Of a DNA stretch of 64,000 nt, positions 1 to 13,947 are shown one piece after another. Below the pieces are notes generated by a model that searched no databases, was not told where the DNA came from, and worked only from the letters and a program-made list of their open reading frames with translations. The first letter of the stretch is position 1. Each line of letters begins with the position of its first letter. Source of the DNA: Octopus vulgaris (lineage: Eukaryota); NCBI GenBank assembly GCA_951406725.2, contig OX597834.1, positions 10,602,001 to 10,666,000 of the forward strand, given 5' to 3'. The position numbers and the translations under genes were made by a program.

Positions 1-584
1 TAATGATGATGATGGTGGTGGTGGTGGTGGCGGTGGACGTCGCGATGAGAGACACAGTGGCATTTAAATTTTATTTGTATGTATTTGTGAAGAATGTCAA
101 GCAGGAGGTGAAGGAGTAGTAGTGAGAGTAGTAGATTAGCAGTAAGGGTTATCCAAAAAAAAAAAAATAAATAAAACGAAAAACACGCAAATAAATAAAT
201 ATGGACCGTTGTTGAATTTAGTTCATTGCTTTTAGACACATATGAAGAAATTAATAGTTATTGCGAATGAGGGAAAACAAGAAGCATTCAAATGTATATA
301 AAGAAAATATATTTCTGGAGCCGCATTCTGACACCTTTTAAGGCGCAGATTTGATTAGTATTTCTTTTTAAAAAATCTTTTGTACTAAATAACGTAAGCT
401 TTTAACTGTTGTTAATGGCAAAATAGTGTTTTTGAGACAATCATATGGGAACGGCCGCTTTATTTACTGCTCGTATTTCATTTGCAGAAGCCTAAAAGAA
501 ATATTTCTCCCTGAAGTATCGCTTCTTTTATACTTTTCAATCTATTAAATAACGAAGCCATATTTGTATACACACTCACACACA

Positions 585-784
585 TGGGCACGCACACGTC
601 TGTCTGTATATACATACGCACACACACACATGCATACCTACATGAATTCATACATAAGTACACACATATATATATAGGCACATATGTATGTACACACATG
701 CATATATACATGAATATATATATATATATAAATACATACGCACATATATATAGACACACATATAGATATATACATGCACACACA

Positions 785-838
<54 letters not shown>

Positions 839-924
839 TACATGCACACACATACACAGACGCTTATATATGTGTGTAAATATATACATGCATACATACA
901 AATATACATATATATGAATAGGTA

Positions 925-1006
<82 letters not shown>

Positions 1007-1094
1007 CATAGATAGATAGAGAGAGAAAGAGAGAGAGATGTACGCTGCTACATTTAAAGATGTGTGTTTATGTGTTGGTGTGACTAACTGTGAC

Positions 1095-1134
<40 letters not shown>

Positions 1135-1160
1135 TACATACATATATATATATATATACA
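585..1160. repeat. Compound (TA)n/(CA)n/(GA)n microsatellite field
   Basis: Direct reading; source of the spurious YIYI ORFs. Confidence 0.9.
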
Positions 1161-1472
1161 CCCGTTTTATCCGCCTCTCTTTGTCAATCTCTGTCTTTCT
1201 CGCCATGTCTGTCTCTCTAGCTGCTAGTTATTTTCGAAACAATCTCTGATAATATTGTCCAAAACTTTCCAAACTTATAATTGTGTATGTTTCTCTATAT
1301 AATTTTATTACTTTCTCAAGATAATTATCAACAATATCTTTTGTCGATTGGGGATTGGTTTATTCGGAAATGAAGTTTTAGACCGAACGAACGAGTGAAA
1401 AGGAAATAAGAATTTGATAAGGCGGGAGAGAATGAGAGAGCCAAAGATAGGAGACAGAAAGTTTGGTAGATA

Positions 1473-1559
<87 letters not shown>

Positions 1560-2664
1560 AACGTGAGTGTAACAGTAAATAACAGTAGTACAACTTTAAT
1601 CTGAACTTCTAACTTATAATTCATCACATTTTCGTCAGGGATTTGATATTTATTAAGTAAAATTTATACAAATTTTTAAAGGGCTTTCAGAATCTGAATG
1701 ACTCCTATTAAAGAAAATGCCTTTTTGAGTCTCCTGAAGGAAATACCTATACACACATATGCATATATGAAAACGAATATATACATGCATACGCACACAC
1801 AAACATATGACCTTGTTACGATGTTCATAAGTTCTATAGGCGTGAATTTTGACCAGGATTAAGCATAATAACTTATTATAAAATGAGGGTAAGTCTTCTC
1901 ACGTTATGTTTCTAGTACTGACGTGTCTAATACTCCTGATAAAAAGAATTTCATCGTGAGAGTAGGAAAGGACAACATAACAGAGTATTCCCTGATTGAT
2001 GACCAGGTATAAGCAGAACGGTATTCTCAAGATTCATCACAACAAAGCAACATTTCTCTTTATCAGTATTTCTCTTCCTCAGTAGAAGTCTACGCATGGC
2101 TGTGTTATGAAAGAGCTTCGCAGTGACTGCAACAAGTACAATCGTTATCGGCTGTTTTGGCAGCAACCGCTATTCAATTTGTTTTCGCTTTGAAGATGCT
2201 TCTGAACACAAATTAAAAAGCAAATACCTATGGGCCAAAATATTTGTGAGAAAATATCTAAATAAGATAGCGGAGGAAGGATCTATGGATTTAAACATAG
2301 AAGATATGACAGGCATTGAAAATAGCTGGTCGAAAATATTGACACAAGAGATATAATATAAAGAAACTAAAAACCCCACAAAATAATGCGTAGGAAGAAC
2401 AGAACTGAAGAGAAATATATGCGGACTTATGGTGATGTTGGCGGGCACAGTCAATAACTGTTAGATATAAACTTTATCAAGCTGGACAAAATATGAGGTA
2501 GGTGCCGTAGTAAAAGTAATTTGTCTTGCAGTGATGTTAAAAACACAGGAAAAGAAAGCATCTTGGCTACATATCCATCCATAGTGTTTCAGCAATGAAT
2601 ATCTTGTATCTACAAGAGTAATGCGACTACATTCTATAAGGATAATATGTTTTATATTTTTGCA

Positions 2665-2866
2665 CGAAGGTCGCAATTTCGGTGGTAGGGAGGGTTTTAG
2701 ACGATTTAATCGACGCCACTACTCGACTGGTATTTATTTTTTCGAATCTGAGTGGATGAAAGGCAAAGTGGACCTCTCCGGAAATAAAATTCAGAACGTA
2801 CAGACGAACGAAATGCCGCTAAGCATTTTGTCCGGCGCGCTAAACATTCTACCAGTTCACTGCCTT
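2665..2866 (-). mobile_element. SINE family C, degenerate copy
   Basis: ggatgaaaggcaaagtggacctc...cagaacgta...gctaagcatttt matches the reverse complement of the family C copies at 8600 and 63756. Confidence 0.75.
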
Positions 2867-3014
2867 ACATTAAATAACGACATTGGAAGAAATAATATGT
2901 TTGAATGACAATGTGCTGTTATTTCTAGAAAGCTGAGAGAAGTATTAATCCTATATTTTTAGCGTGTAATCTTAAGATCAATCACAGTGTCTCGGGGTTT
3001 GTTGAGACAAAAAT

Positions 3015-3385
3015 GGTGGCGAGTGGGCAGAATCGTTACACGCCGGGCGAAATACTTAGTGGTATTTCGTCTGCCGCTAAGTTCTGAGTTCAAATTCCTC
3101 CGGGGTCGATTAAATAAGTAGTAGTTACGCACTGGGTTCGATATAATCGACTTAATCCGTTTGTCTATCCTTGTTTGTCCTCTCTGTGTTTAGCTCCTTG
3201 TGGGTAGTAAAGAAATAGGTATTTTATCAGTCTTTACGTTCTGAGTTCAAATTCCACCGAGGTCGAATTTGCCTTTCATCCTTTCTGGGTCGATAAATTA
3301 AGTACCAGTTGTGTACTGGAGTCGACCTAATCGACAAGTCCCGTCACCTAAAATTTCGGGCCTTGTGTCTAGAATAGAAAAGAAT
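3015..3385 (+). mobile_element. SINE family C, dimeric copy
   Basis: tRNA-like head ggtggcgagtgggcagaa with B box gagttcaaattcc; the body restarts at ~3218 (ggtatttt...ctgagttcaaattcc) and ends in a different tail. Confidence 0.85.
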
Positions 3386-3744
3386 ATCCTGAAATCGTAG
3401 GCGTGCCAGAATCCCTGCGGCGGTCAAAAGCACTCAATGAACTCAGAGATCAGGTGAAACAGTTCTGGACTAAAGACAGAAAAAGTTATGTAAAACATTA
3501 GGCAAGTATTGAAATATACGCACATGTACACGGGCATAGATTACATCTTACAGGTAAAAAAATGGAATTACATGAAACTCCAGATAAATTACTCAAGTGC
3601 GAAAGGAAATATAGGTACACCCTTAATTCATGCATATATATGGATGGAATCATACATATACACGCGCATAGACCCGTTAAAACACTCTCATATACATACA
3701 TATACATTCTACATACATACATACATATATACATACATATATTC

Positions 3745-4030
3745 ATTTAAGGCTGCCCCTCGTTATCGAGTATGGCCATTGCACAAAGCTTAACTGTTAC
3801 TGGTGCTGTGATCGAATGTGACATTTTAGCCCAGCCAAAGATCTACAATGTCTTGTACAGAATTGGCAACTAAAACCTTTACCGGTAATAGCCGACTGTA
3901 GTTGTAACTGGGCTTCATGTACCTTTGCAAGTCGTTTAGGTCCTCCTGCCGAATTACACTCTCTTCTACATTCCAGACAGATATAATTAGCATGGTGAGT
4001 AACACCACCACCATTGGCAAGGTTTTCACT
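3745..4030 (-). mobile_element. RTE-clade LINE 3' fragment (two C2H2-like zinc fingers plus 3' UTR)
   Basis: Minus frame YICLECRREC...KVH and FSCQFCTRHCRSLAGLKCHIRSQH then stop; short tail ggccatactcgataacgaggggcagcc resembling RTE/BovB 3' ends; embedded in (TACA)n. Confidence 0.65.
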
Positions 4031-4038
4031 CATCTGTC

Positions 4039-4123
4039 TCTCTTTATGATTACGAAGATACATACATACATACATACATACATACATACATACATACATA
4101 CATACATACATACATACATACAC

Positions 4124-4156
<33 letters not shown>

Positions 4157-4277
4157 CATACATAACTATTGTATTGATTCTAAATAAAACGTCGATTATT
4201 TTCTAGTCTGAAACAGGTTCATTGTCTGCTCTAACGAAACTTTGAAACATACATTCACATACACATACATAAATACT

Positions 4278-4346
<69 letters not shown>

Positions 4347-4427
4347 ATGTCTGCCTGTCTGTCTGTCTGTCTATCTGTCTATCTAATCTATCGATCTATC
4401 TAATCTATATATCTATCTATCTATCTA

Positions 4428-4459
<32 letters not shown>

Positions 4460-4495
4460 ATCTATCGATCTATCTAATCTATCTATCTATCTATA

Positions 4496-4576
<81 letters not shown>

Positions 4577-4581
4577 CTCTT

Positions 4582-4615
<34 letters not shown>

Positions 4616-4701
4616 CACACATATATATTTATACATATATATATATACATATATATTCATATATATATATATATAATAAATCTCTGAACGATATATATAT
4701 A

Positions 4702-4758
<57 letters not shown>

Positions 4759-4810
4759 GTATGTATATGTATATATATACATTTACATATATATCTACAC
4801 ATGTATATAT
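4039..4810. repeat. (TACA)n, (CTAT)n/(CTGT)n and (TA)n microsatellites
   Basis: Direct reading. Confidence 0.9.
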
Positions 4811-5770
4811 GTATCTGAATTCTAGAAATTCTACGAGAAAACAAACCACTCGAACTGAATTGAAATTCGTGCACCCACCCCAACATGTTGATCTATCTTC
4901 ATAATTACAGTTAATGGAAACAGGAAACACTTAGAGGATATCGTACGCAAAGCCTCCTTATATTAATTAAGCCAAAGAAGAAATCTCTGCGTGGTCGACT
5001 GTAAAATTAGAACAATTATCGAACGCACGAAATGAAAGTAAGGTAGAAAAGAAGGCTAGGCGGTCAGGGTTCGAATGCTAGCTGTAACATTGGAAAAGGA
5101 CATCTGTACCAAATACGCACTCGATATCTCTTCGAAGCTAATTGGTTCGCTATGTAATTAAACAAATATAATCAAACGAAACCTTTTGTGGAATATAAAA
5201 AATAATAATCTTAGTAACAAGAATATGAGCAATTATAAAAATAGAATGTATAGATATTTCCTTAAATAGATTGTTTTGCATAAATTACATTAATATATCC
5301 CAACAGTGTATTCGAAATGTTGGCATTAATGGTTTCACATTGCTGCAATACAAAGGTAAAAGATTTGAAAAAGCAGAAATATGCGACACTTAGTCATTTC
5401 ATCAGCACATCTTTGTGTCGAGTGTCCATCACCGATGAAACCAAGGAAGGTCGAAATAACGTGACCAGGTTAACTCTGCGTGGGTGTTGGTGGGGAGTTA
5501 TCTCCCCACTATCGATGTGAACAAGCGCGCATATTGCAACAAAAGCCTATATGTTTATCCCATGGTATTTATTGCACCAGAGTCCACGTTTAAATGTGAA
5601 CGAACATTACATCTCGGTATCAATACAGAATCTGATTTATACTTTTTTAACAAGCTCACTGGCTAATCGCGGCATTAGTGCCTGTTCAGGCACTGTCATA
5701 TCCATGGTAGAGAGATGTGCCGCTGCTATGTCTAGCAGTCGAGTGTCTATCACCAGTTAAATTAATTAAT

Positions 5771-6178
5771 CCTCTCCACTATAAGCACAGCACCTGAATA
5801 TTTGGGGGAGGGGGATGATCGATTACATCGTCCTCAGTACTTAACTTGTACTTATTTTATCGACACCGAAAGGGTGAAAAACAAAGTCGACTTCGGTGGA
5901 ATTTGAACTCAGAACGTTAAGACATACTAAATGCCTCTAAGCTTTTCGCCTGGTGTGCTAATGATTCTGCCAGCTCACAACCGGCTCAGTTCCATTAACT
6001 TTGAGGGAAGAAGAAGCTGCTTACATCGACCATAGCGGAGCTCAACCCGTAAGTATTTTAACTCCATCGAAAGGATAAATGTCTAAGTTCAGAATTTGAA
6101 CTTATGTCGTGAATGCCAAATTAAATTCAGTTACACATTTAGTCCGGTACAATAAAGTTTCAGCCAGTTCGTCGCTCT
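5771..6178 (-). mobile_element. Two adjacent degenerate family C SINE copies (5771-5978, ~6001-6178)
   Basis: atcgacaccgaaagggtgaaaaacaaagtcgacttcggtggaatttgaactcagaac, then a more diverged second match. Confidence 0.7.
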
Positions 6179-6186
6179 AATTAACA

Positions 6187-6557
6187 ATTCTGGAAGCACT
6201 CCGTCGGTTACGACGACGAGGGTTCCGGTTGATCCGATCAACGATAAACGGAACAGCCTGCTCGTGTACCCTTAACAGACACGTGTACCCTTGACGTAGT
6301 TCTCGGGGATATTCAGCGTGACACAGAGAGTGACAAGGCCGGCCCTTTGAAATACAGGTACAAGAGAAACAGGAAGTAAGAGTGAGAGAAAGTTGTGGTG
6401 AAAGAGTACAGCAGGGATCACCACCATCCCTGCCGGAGTATCGTGGAGCTTTAGGTGTTTTCGCTCAATAAACACTCACAACGCCCGGTCTGGGAATCGA
6501 AACCGCGATCCTACGACCGCGAGTCCGCTGCCCTAACCACTGGGCCATTGCGCCTCC
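6187..6557 (-). mobile_element. SINE family B (tRNA-like head, tail T1)
   Basis: Minus-strand head ggaggcgcaatggcccagtggttagggcagcggactcgcgg...ggtttcgattccc with A/B boxes; TSD taattaaca at 6178-6186 and 6558-6566. Confidence 0.92.
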
Positions 6558-6566
6558 TAATTAACA

Positions 6567-6765
6567 TTTCTAACTACTATAGGAATAAGACGTGAGATGC
6601 TGGCAGAGAGGTCAAGTCGATTATATCGACCCTAGTACTCAATTGGTACTTAATATTATCAAAGCCAAAATGCAAAGTCAATCTCGGCGGAATTCGAAAA
6701 TGGAGCGTAAGTACTACAATGTATTGTGGCTGATGTGCTAATGATTCTGCCATCATGCCGCATTT
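6567..6765 (-). mobile_element. SINE family C, degenerate copy
   Basis: gtcgattatatcgaccctagtactcaattggtactt...ctcggcggaattcgaa...gctaatgattctgcca. Confidence 0.7.
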
Positions 6766-7899
6766 AATTAGTAATACTAAGATTGAACTCTCATTAAGCA
6801 GAAAAGCTCACACCATGTTTAAGTTTTGTGGTGAAAAATTTTTGCCAATTCCTCTGAATTATATGTTGAATGGCTGATTTTTTTTTGTCCTTTACATAAA
6901 AGAAACATGGACGAACTTAACGCAATCGCTAAGCGTTTTCTAAACATGTTAAAACTAACATGAATGTATTTTGTTGTATCTGTAAGTAGAGCACTTCTGT
7001 TCCATGGTCTTAGTTGGTATTAATTGTCGAAAACATTTAATCAGATCATTAATTAATGGCTGAGATTTGTGACGTTGATGGTATTAGAGATTTTAAGCTC
7101 TCACATTCGATTCTATAATTTGTTTATGCTACTTTGACGGCACTCTATTGTAATATCGAATTCGAGATGGAAATGTCAGGCGGTTTGTAAGGTAATGTAA
7201 TCTGTACAACTTGTTAATCTAGTTTTAATAGGAAAATTATATTGAATGAAATGGCTAACATTTCTATAGCTAAACTCTTCGTCAATACACATATCTAATC
7301 AGCCAAATCTTTCCTATCTCTCGTTGTTTACATTCCGGGTGCGCACTGCTGAAAAGAACCAGTAGCTCGAGACGTAGGATTTCCTAGATTTCTGCTAGAT
7401 GAGCGTCGTTCGTCACGTAAGTGTGCTTTTTAATATAAGTTGTTTAAGCGAGGCTCCATGAATTACGGTTGATCCAACAATGAACAGAAATTGGTATATT
7501 GTTGTAACACAAATGCTCCGATGCACAAAAATACGTACATTCACAAGTATGCTTATAAATACATACGCATATGCACATACGAACATATTGACAAATGTAT
7601 GCACACGGCCACCAACACCTTGTGGGGGAGAATACACTGCTGTGCATAGACGTACGCTTACGTATTTTTTTAAGAAGCTTGCTTTGTTATCACATACTTA
7701 ACGTTTCAGTATCAACGTTACGTAAATGTCTGCGCATATAATAAACGAAGACCTAAGGCTGTTTTTCTGAGAATTTGGTAAACAGGTAATGTGGGGAAGT
7801 GCGTCGTACGTATGCATATATGTATGTAGGTACGTATGTGTTCACAGAAACACAAAAAATCACGGACGTATATATATATATATATATATATTCTTATAT

Positions 7900-8210
7900 C
7901 ACCGTGATCACCGTGACCGACCAGGCTATCAGATGTTGCTACACATCGCTGGTCACAATGCGTTTCGCATTGTTTTAGCCTTTAAAAGACGCCACCCCGC
8001 TGGCTAAGCGAGCAGGCCAACAGAAGAAAGAGTGAGAGAAAATTGCGGCGAAAGAGTACAGCAGGGATTGCCAACACCCCCTGCCGGAACCTCGTGAAGC
8101 TTTAGGTGTTTTCGCTCAATAAACACTCACAATGCCTAGTCTAGGAATCGAAACCGTGATCCTATGACCGCGAGTCCGCTGCCCTAACCACTGGGCCATT
8201 GCGCCTCCAC
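7900..8210 (-). mobile_element. SINE with family B head and alternative tail T2
   Basis: Same head and body as the 6187 copy but the 3' part is replaced; 12 bp TSD atattcttatat at 7888-7899 and 8211-8222. Confidence 0.9.
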
Positions 8211-8239
8211 ATATTCTTATATACATACATCAAACGCAA

Positions 8240-8437
8240 CAAGGGTCCTTCTCATGCCATAGGCTCCATAAGACGGGTTTCTCTGATTCCATGCTGTATA
8301 ATTTCGCTGCACATCTGGACGCGAGGCCGAGCCGTCATAGGATTCAGGATTACTTAGTTTTGCCCTACCAAATGAACCGGAGCAACGCAAAATGAGTTGT
8401 TTTGCTAAGAAATACAACACATCCAAGAATTCAAAAC
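8240..8437 (-). mobile_element. SINE family D, degenerate copy
   Basis: ggagcaacgcaaaatgagttgttttgctaagaaatacaacac resembles the D core at 18725-18770. Confidence 0.55.
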
Positions 8438-8599
8438 ACACGCACACTCAAACACACACAGACATACACATACAGGCACGTGCGCGCACACACACAAACA
8501 CACACACACACACACAATGTCGAGAGGAAAATAATCCAATCTGTCTGAAGAATTTCTCATCGATGATATCTTACGTATTTTTCTTACATTTGTAATATT

Positions 8600-8828
8600 T
8601 ATTTCTTTACTGCCCACAAGGGGCTAAACACAGAGGGGACAAACAAGGACAGACGAAGGGATTGAGTCGATTATATCGCCCCAGTGCGAAACTGGTACTT
8701 TATTTATCGACCCCGAAAGGATGAAAGGCAAAGTTGACCTCGGCGGAATTTGAACTCAGAACGTAACGACAGACGAAATACCGCTAAGCTTTTCGCCCTG
8801 CGCGCTAACGTGTCTGCCAGCTCGCCGC
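8600..8828 (-). mobile_element. SINE family C, intact copy
   Basis: Full element; 17 bp TSD cttacatttgtaatatt at 8583-8599 and 8829-8845. Confidence 0.93.
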
Positions 8829-8914
8829 CTTACATTTGTAATATTGTAACACCGATTAGCAAATCAAGCACGTGCAGTGGTAAACAAATAATACTAAAAC
8901 GTAATTATAACACC

Positions 8915-8967
<53 letters not shown>

Positions 8968-9254
8968 GGTTGCAGGAGGTCACCAACAGTACACAATCGC
9001 TGGTCACAATGCGTTCGCATTGTTTTAGCCTTCGAACGACGCCACCCCGCTGGCTAAGCGAGCAGGCCAACAGAAAAAAAGAGAGAAAGAGTAGTGAAAG
9101 AGAACAGCAGGGATCACCCTCCTCCCTGCCGGAGCATCGTTGAGCTTTTAGGTGTTTTCGCTCAATAAACAAACACAACGCCCGGTCTGGGAACCGGAAC
9201 CGCGATCCTACGACCGCGAGTCCGCTGCCCTAACCACTGGGTCATTGCGCCTCC
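8968..9254 (-). mobile_element. SINE with family B head and tail T2
   Basis: Shares atcgctggtcacaatgcg...gctaagcgagcaggccaacag with the 7900 copy; flanked by acatat on both sides. Confidence 0.88.
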
Positions 9255-10798
9255 ACATATTATCTACTCAGTATAATCTATTTTAGCTAGAAAAAGTTTC
9301 ATTCAAATCCTACAACATGACGGTTTACTGGCCTGGAGCAAAAAATGCTAAAATATTATCTTAACAAAACAAGGCAAACTAAGAAACAAAATCCTATACA
9401 GTAGCCAAATGTCTTTTGAAATCCCTGTCATTGGATAATATAATCCCGAAATCCCTGTCACTAAACGTCCACAACACATTATATTTGAAATATTGAATCT
9501 GAAACCACGCAAGTATGAACATGCAAATACATAGAAACATAGAAATGAGTGTATGTCAGCGGATGTGTTTGTGTGTAAGACCTATCATTATAAACAATCT
9601 GAATGAATAATTCCAAATATGATATATTCGTGTGTTGAGATGAATGTTCCATAAATCACATTATGCTGTCCTGTACCTGACAATTGACACTTAATGTCCT
9701 TGGAATATAATGGTCGGTTTTCACTGGAAAATGCAGTTGGCCCAAAATAAAGAGCAAAAAAAAAAAATAAGTTGTTGTAAATTATAATTATAAACCAAGT
9801 TTACAAATATAAGATTTGATATGTGCTCATGAAAACGACATATGGCACTTGCTATATAAAGGATCCATGCCTGAATATATTTCATAATTTTTGCTGCGTT
9901 GTCAATTTATTCCTCATGAATGAATCCTCAAGGATTTCTCTTCTACACTAATATAAACGCTATGGTCGTTTTTTCGAATGATGTCATTTGTCAGAGTGAA
10001 TAAATTCAGATATATTTCAGCGAGTTTCAATAATGCGAAAACCAAGTATGTTACAGCAGTCGCATACCTTTCTTTCTTCCATTTCTCTCTCTTCTCCCTT
10101 CTCTCATTCACTCTCTGTAGCCAATCCACCCACCCGAAGACCTACCTGTATGTATATTCTGAATTTTACTGTATGTCTTTTAGGATACAAACCTGGCGTT
10201 CAAAATTATATGAAGTGACTACACGACTATATTTTTCGGGACATGGACAGAAAAGTTGGTTTCGATCACAACAGGTTTCTGACGAGAGTTTCCTCATTAA
10301 ATAAATATCTTCTGTCCACGGAGAGACTGGTAATTTATAAGTAATTCTAAAAGATACACTTGAGCCTTGAACACTCAATTTTGCATAATGAATTCACTTC
10401 AAACGTTGACATAATACATAATGCATCCCGAAAATTTTTTGAAAAAATCGAAATAAATTATAGATAACTTTAATAAATATTTGATTTTAGCTTCGATGTG
10501 AAAAGTAAACAAAATTGTTGAATTTCAGATTATTTTATTCAGAGATAAAAGCGAGTTGAGGCATGTATCTTATTTTTTAGTTTTGCGAGCAGGTTCTCAC
10601 AAAAAATTTCCTTCCATATATACTAATCGACATTTAATGTTTAGTATCTGGTCGCATCAATCATTTTTTTTTTCTTGAAGCTGTGTGTCGTTTAATTTTC
10701 CATGCTACTCTAAACTTACATGTTTTATGAATATATGTATGCTAACATTTTAAATTATCACATATGCTGTGCAATGCTGAAAGGAATTGTTTAATACA

Positions 10799-11285
10799 TG
10801 TTAATAGCTCGTGTCTTTCTATGCAAATGACAGTGAACAATTTTAGATGATTCATTGTTTAGTACACGTGATTTCGAGAGGTAACAGTAATACGTGCTCT
10901 TCCTTTGGTATATATAGGGTGGGCCAAAATTTATGTACAAAATAAATGCAGTACGCTCCGAAATTGTTAAATACATGCTTCAATTTTTCTTAAATCGAAA
11001 AAATACATTAAAAATTATGAATGCACAAGATGAACAAAAGGGACGGCTTGTTAATAGCTCGTGTCCTTCTATGCAAATGACAGTGAGCAGTTTAGCTGAA
11101 TCATTGTTTAGTACACGTCATTTAGTGAAGTAACAATATATGGCATATACAAGGTTTGCCAAAAATCACGCAGAAAATAAATTCAATCCGCTGCGGAATT
11201 GTCAAATACATGTCTCTAAAATTGAAAAAAAAATCATTAAAAAATTATGAATACGCACGTACGTGTGCAAGATGAACAAAATGGA
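10799..11285. repeat. Imperfect tandem duplication, unit ~250 bp
   Basis: tgttaatagctcgtgtc.ttctatgcaaatgacagtga...caagatgaacaaaa starts at ~10799 and again at ~11049. Confidence 0.85.
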
Positions 11286-11655
11286 TAATAGTTTCTAAGA
11301 ATTATATTAATTAAGAAGAATCTCAGCAATATATTTGTTACCAGCTAATTTTTAGTGCACTGATGTGGAGTTACATCTCAAAGATGATTCTTGTAAAGTT
11401 GCAGTAATTGCGCAATGAAATCAAGACAACGGCGAAAACAATGAATGCCACGTCAGCATCGTATGAGACCGTGTTTCCCTCTTTGTGTATGCGTGGAGTA
11501 AGTCAGAGATAGAGAGGTCGAAAATATTATATCAGAAAATAACTGAAAATATCAGAAAATATCAGCAGAAAATATCAGAAATATAGAGAAAATATCAGAA
11601 CTATTATTATATCAGAAAATATCAAAAATATAGAAAAATATTATTATATCATATA

Positions 11656-11824
11656 GGAGCAGGAGTGGCTGTGTGGTAAGTAGATTACTTACCAACTACA
11701 TGGTTCCGGGTTCAGTCCCACTGCATGACATCTCGGGCAAGTGTCTTCTACTATAGCCTCGAGCCGACCAAAACCTTGTGAGTGGATTTGGTAGACGGAA
11801 ACTGAAAGAAGCCCGTCGTATATG

Positions 11825-11856
<32 letters not shown>

Positions 11857-12070
11857 CGCGTGTATGTTTTTGTGTCTGTATTTGTCCCCCTAGCATTGCT
11901 TGACAACCGATGCTGGTGTGTTTATGTCCCCGTAGCTTAGCGGTTCGGCAAAAGAGACCGATAGAATAAGTACTGTGCTTAAAAAAGAATAAGTCCCGGG
12001 GGTGGAGTTGCTCTATTAAAGGCGGTGCTCCAGCATGGCCGCAGTTAAATGACTGAAACAAGTAAAAGAG
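11656..12070 (+). mobile_element. SINE family A (tRNA head, CORE-like segment, internal microsatellite)
   Basis: ggagtggctgtgtggtaag...gggttcagtccc...gggcaagtgtctt...ctgaaacaagtaaaagag; inserted in a short AT-rich minisatellite. Confidence 0.92.
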
Positions 12071-13651
12071 CATATCAGAACATAATTAGAAATATAGGAA
12101 AATATTATTATATCAGAAAATATCTGAAAAAAAGAAAGGATTCCAGTCGTACCACCTCCTTGGGATTGAAAATTTCGGATAGGTTGTTCCTCTAGACTGC
12201 ACAACTTCTGTAACCTTACATGGAATGTACTAGTCTATGTTGTGTATTAGATTTTCAGCGGGTTCTCAGTAATTTCTTCGTATTTATAGAAACGGGAATA
12301 TCGTGAAAGGCATTTACAAAGTCGACTATATTTTGTTTTGTACGCATGGAAATATGTTTGTGTTGTACTAATATGCATGTTCTATAAGTTCGCGTGTTAA
12401 GTTGTATTTAAATAGAGTGATATGCTTCCGACTAATGAATAGTAGACGGGTGAAGTGTTTCTTATTGATGTCGAGGTTTTGTCATTCTAGAGCATCTAAG
12501 AAAATGTATAGGAATCTGGTACGGCACTGAGTTTTTGTTTTTTATTTGGGATTTTCGAGGAAAATAAAATAGAATACCTGCAGAGTGCTCCAGGTAATAT
12601 AATTGACTAATATATCCCCTTAAAATTCAATTCTTTCCGTTGATGCTTATACCCGTAAGTAGAAAGACGGCAAGCTGCCTATATTTTACAGGTATTATAT
12701 TTTCGATTTTGCGACGACTACCAGAGACGCTATCTGTCGATGTTGTTGAAAGCATTGAAAGCGGTAACTCAGCAGGAAAGCTGTTCAATGACTGATACCA
12801 AAGGGAAAAAAAAAAAGAAATGAAAAAATGAAATTTAAACGTATTTCTCTATACTGGAATGATTTGAGTTGAGAAATGTAATATATTTCATTGGTTCTGT
12901 GTTGTAAATGCATAGTCAGCCGACAAGAAAATGTTATAGTTGCGTGGCTACAGAAACAGCTACAGCTACGAGGTTTACAAGATTCATGCTTGCGTTCACA
13001 TTTCAAAATTACTTTAATCATTCGAAGTGTGTTCAGCGGTTCGTATTTTGTAGCTGATGAGATTTTTAATTTCAGTGTTATTCATAAGATACTAATGAAC
13101 AACACGAGTCGATAGTAGATGTATGGAAACGCTGATAGAGATTGAATAGTAGAATAGAAGAGAGAATACAGAACGATACAGAAGTAGATTAAACACAACA
13201 TGTGTGGAGATAAACAAAGAAATAAAACGTTCGAAAAGTATAATCTCATGAACTAAATACTCCTTGTGTCTAGAACAGGCGTAGACATAAAAGCACATAC
13301 ATCATGTCAACAACTAGTCAACAACTATCTTTAATGATATATTAGAAAAAGAGTTCTTGAAGTGTTACTGTTACAGACAAAATCTGTAGTAAGAAAAGCA
13401 AAAAAAAAAATGATGCTAATATTCATAAAAAGAAAAAAATCACATAATTCATTTTATAAAAAGAAAAAAATCACATAATTCATTTTATATAAGCGTATAT
13501 ATATATATATATATATACTACATAGATTCTTATGAATGTGTATATTTATATATGCATATGTACACATGTAAACGTATTTGTGCATATATATATATATATA
13601 TATACTACATACTTCTTATAAATCTGTATATTTATGTATGCATATGTACAC

Positions 13652-13699
<48 letters not shown>

Positions 13700-13778
13700 A
13701 CGTATATAGTACAAATATTCTTATGAATGTATATCTACATACACATATGTATACATAGTTACGTATATGTACATATAA

Positions 13779-13821
<43 letters not shown>

Positions 13822-13913
13822 AAGGTATGTATGCAAATATATATATATATATATATATATATAATGTATTTATAGAGATATATGTACGTAATAACAACAA
13901 CAACAACAACAAC

Positions 13914-13947
<34 letters not shown>

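Noticed and set aside
478-1627. Long ORFs rich in YI/CV/HT/SL dipeptides here and throughout the window (e.g. 55118-55615, 58912-59634)
   Set aside because: Translations of (TA)n, (TG)n, (CA)n and (TC)n microsatellites, which lack stops in some frames
11696-12073. Recurrent peptide IRRASFSFRLPNPLTRLWSARGYSRRHLPK in many ORFs
   Set aside because: Antisense translation of SINE family A, not a gene family
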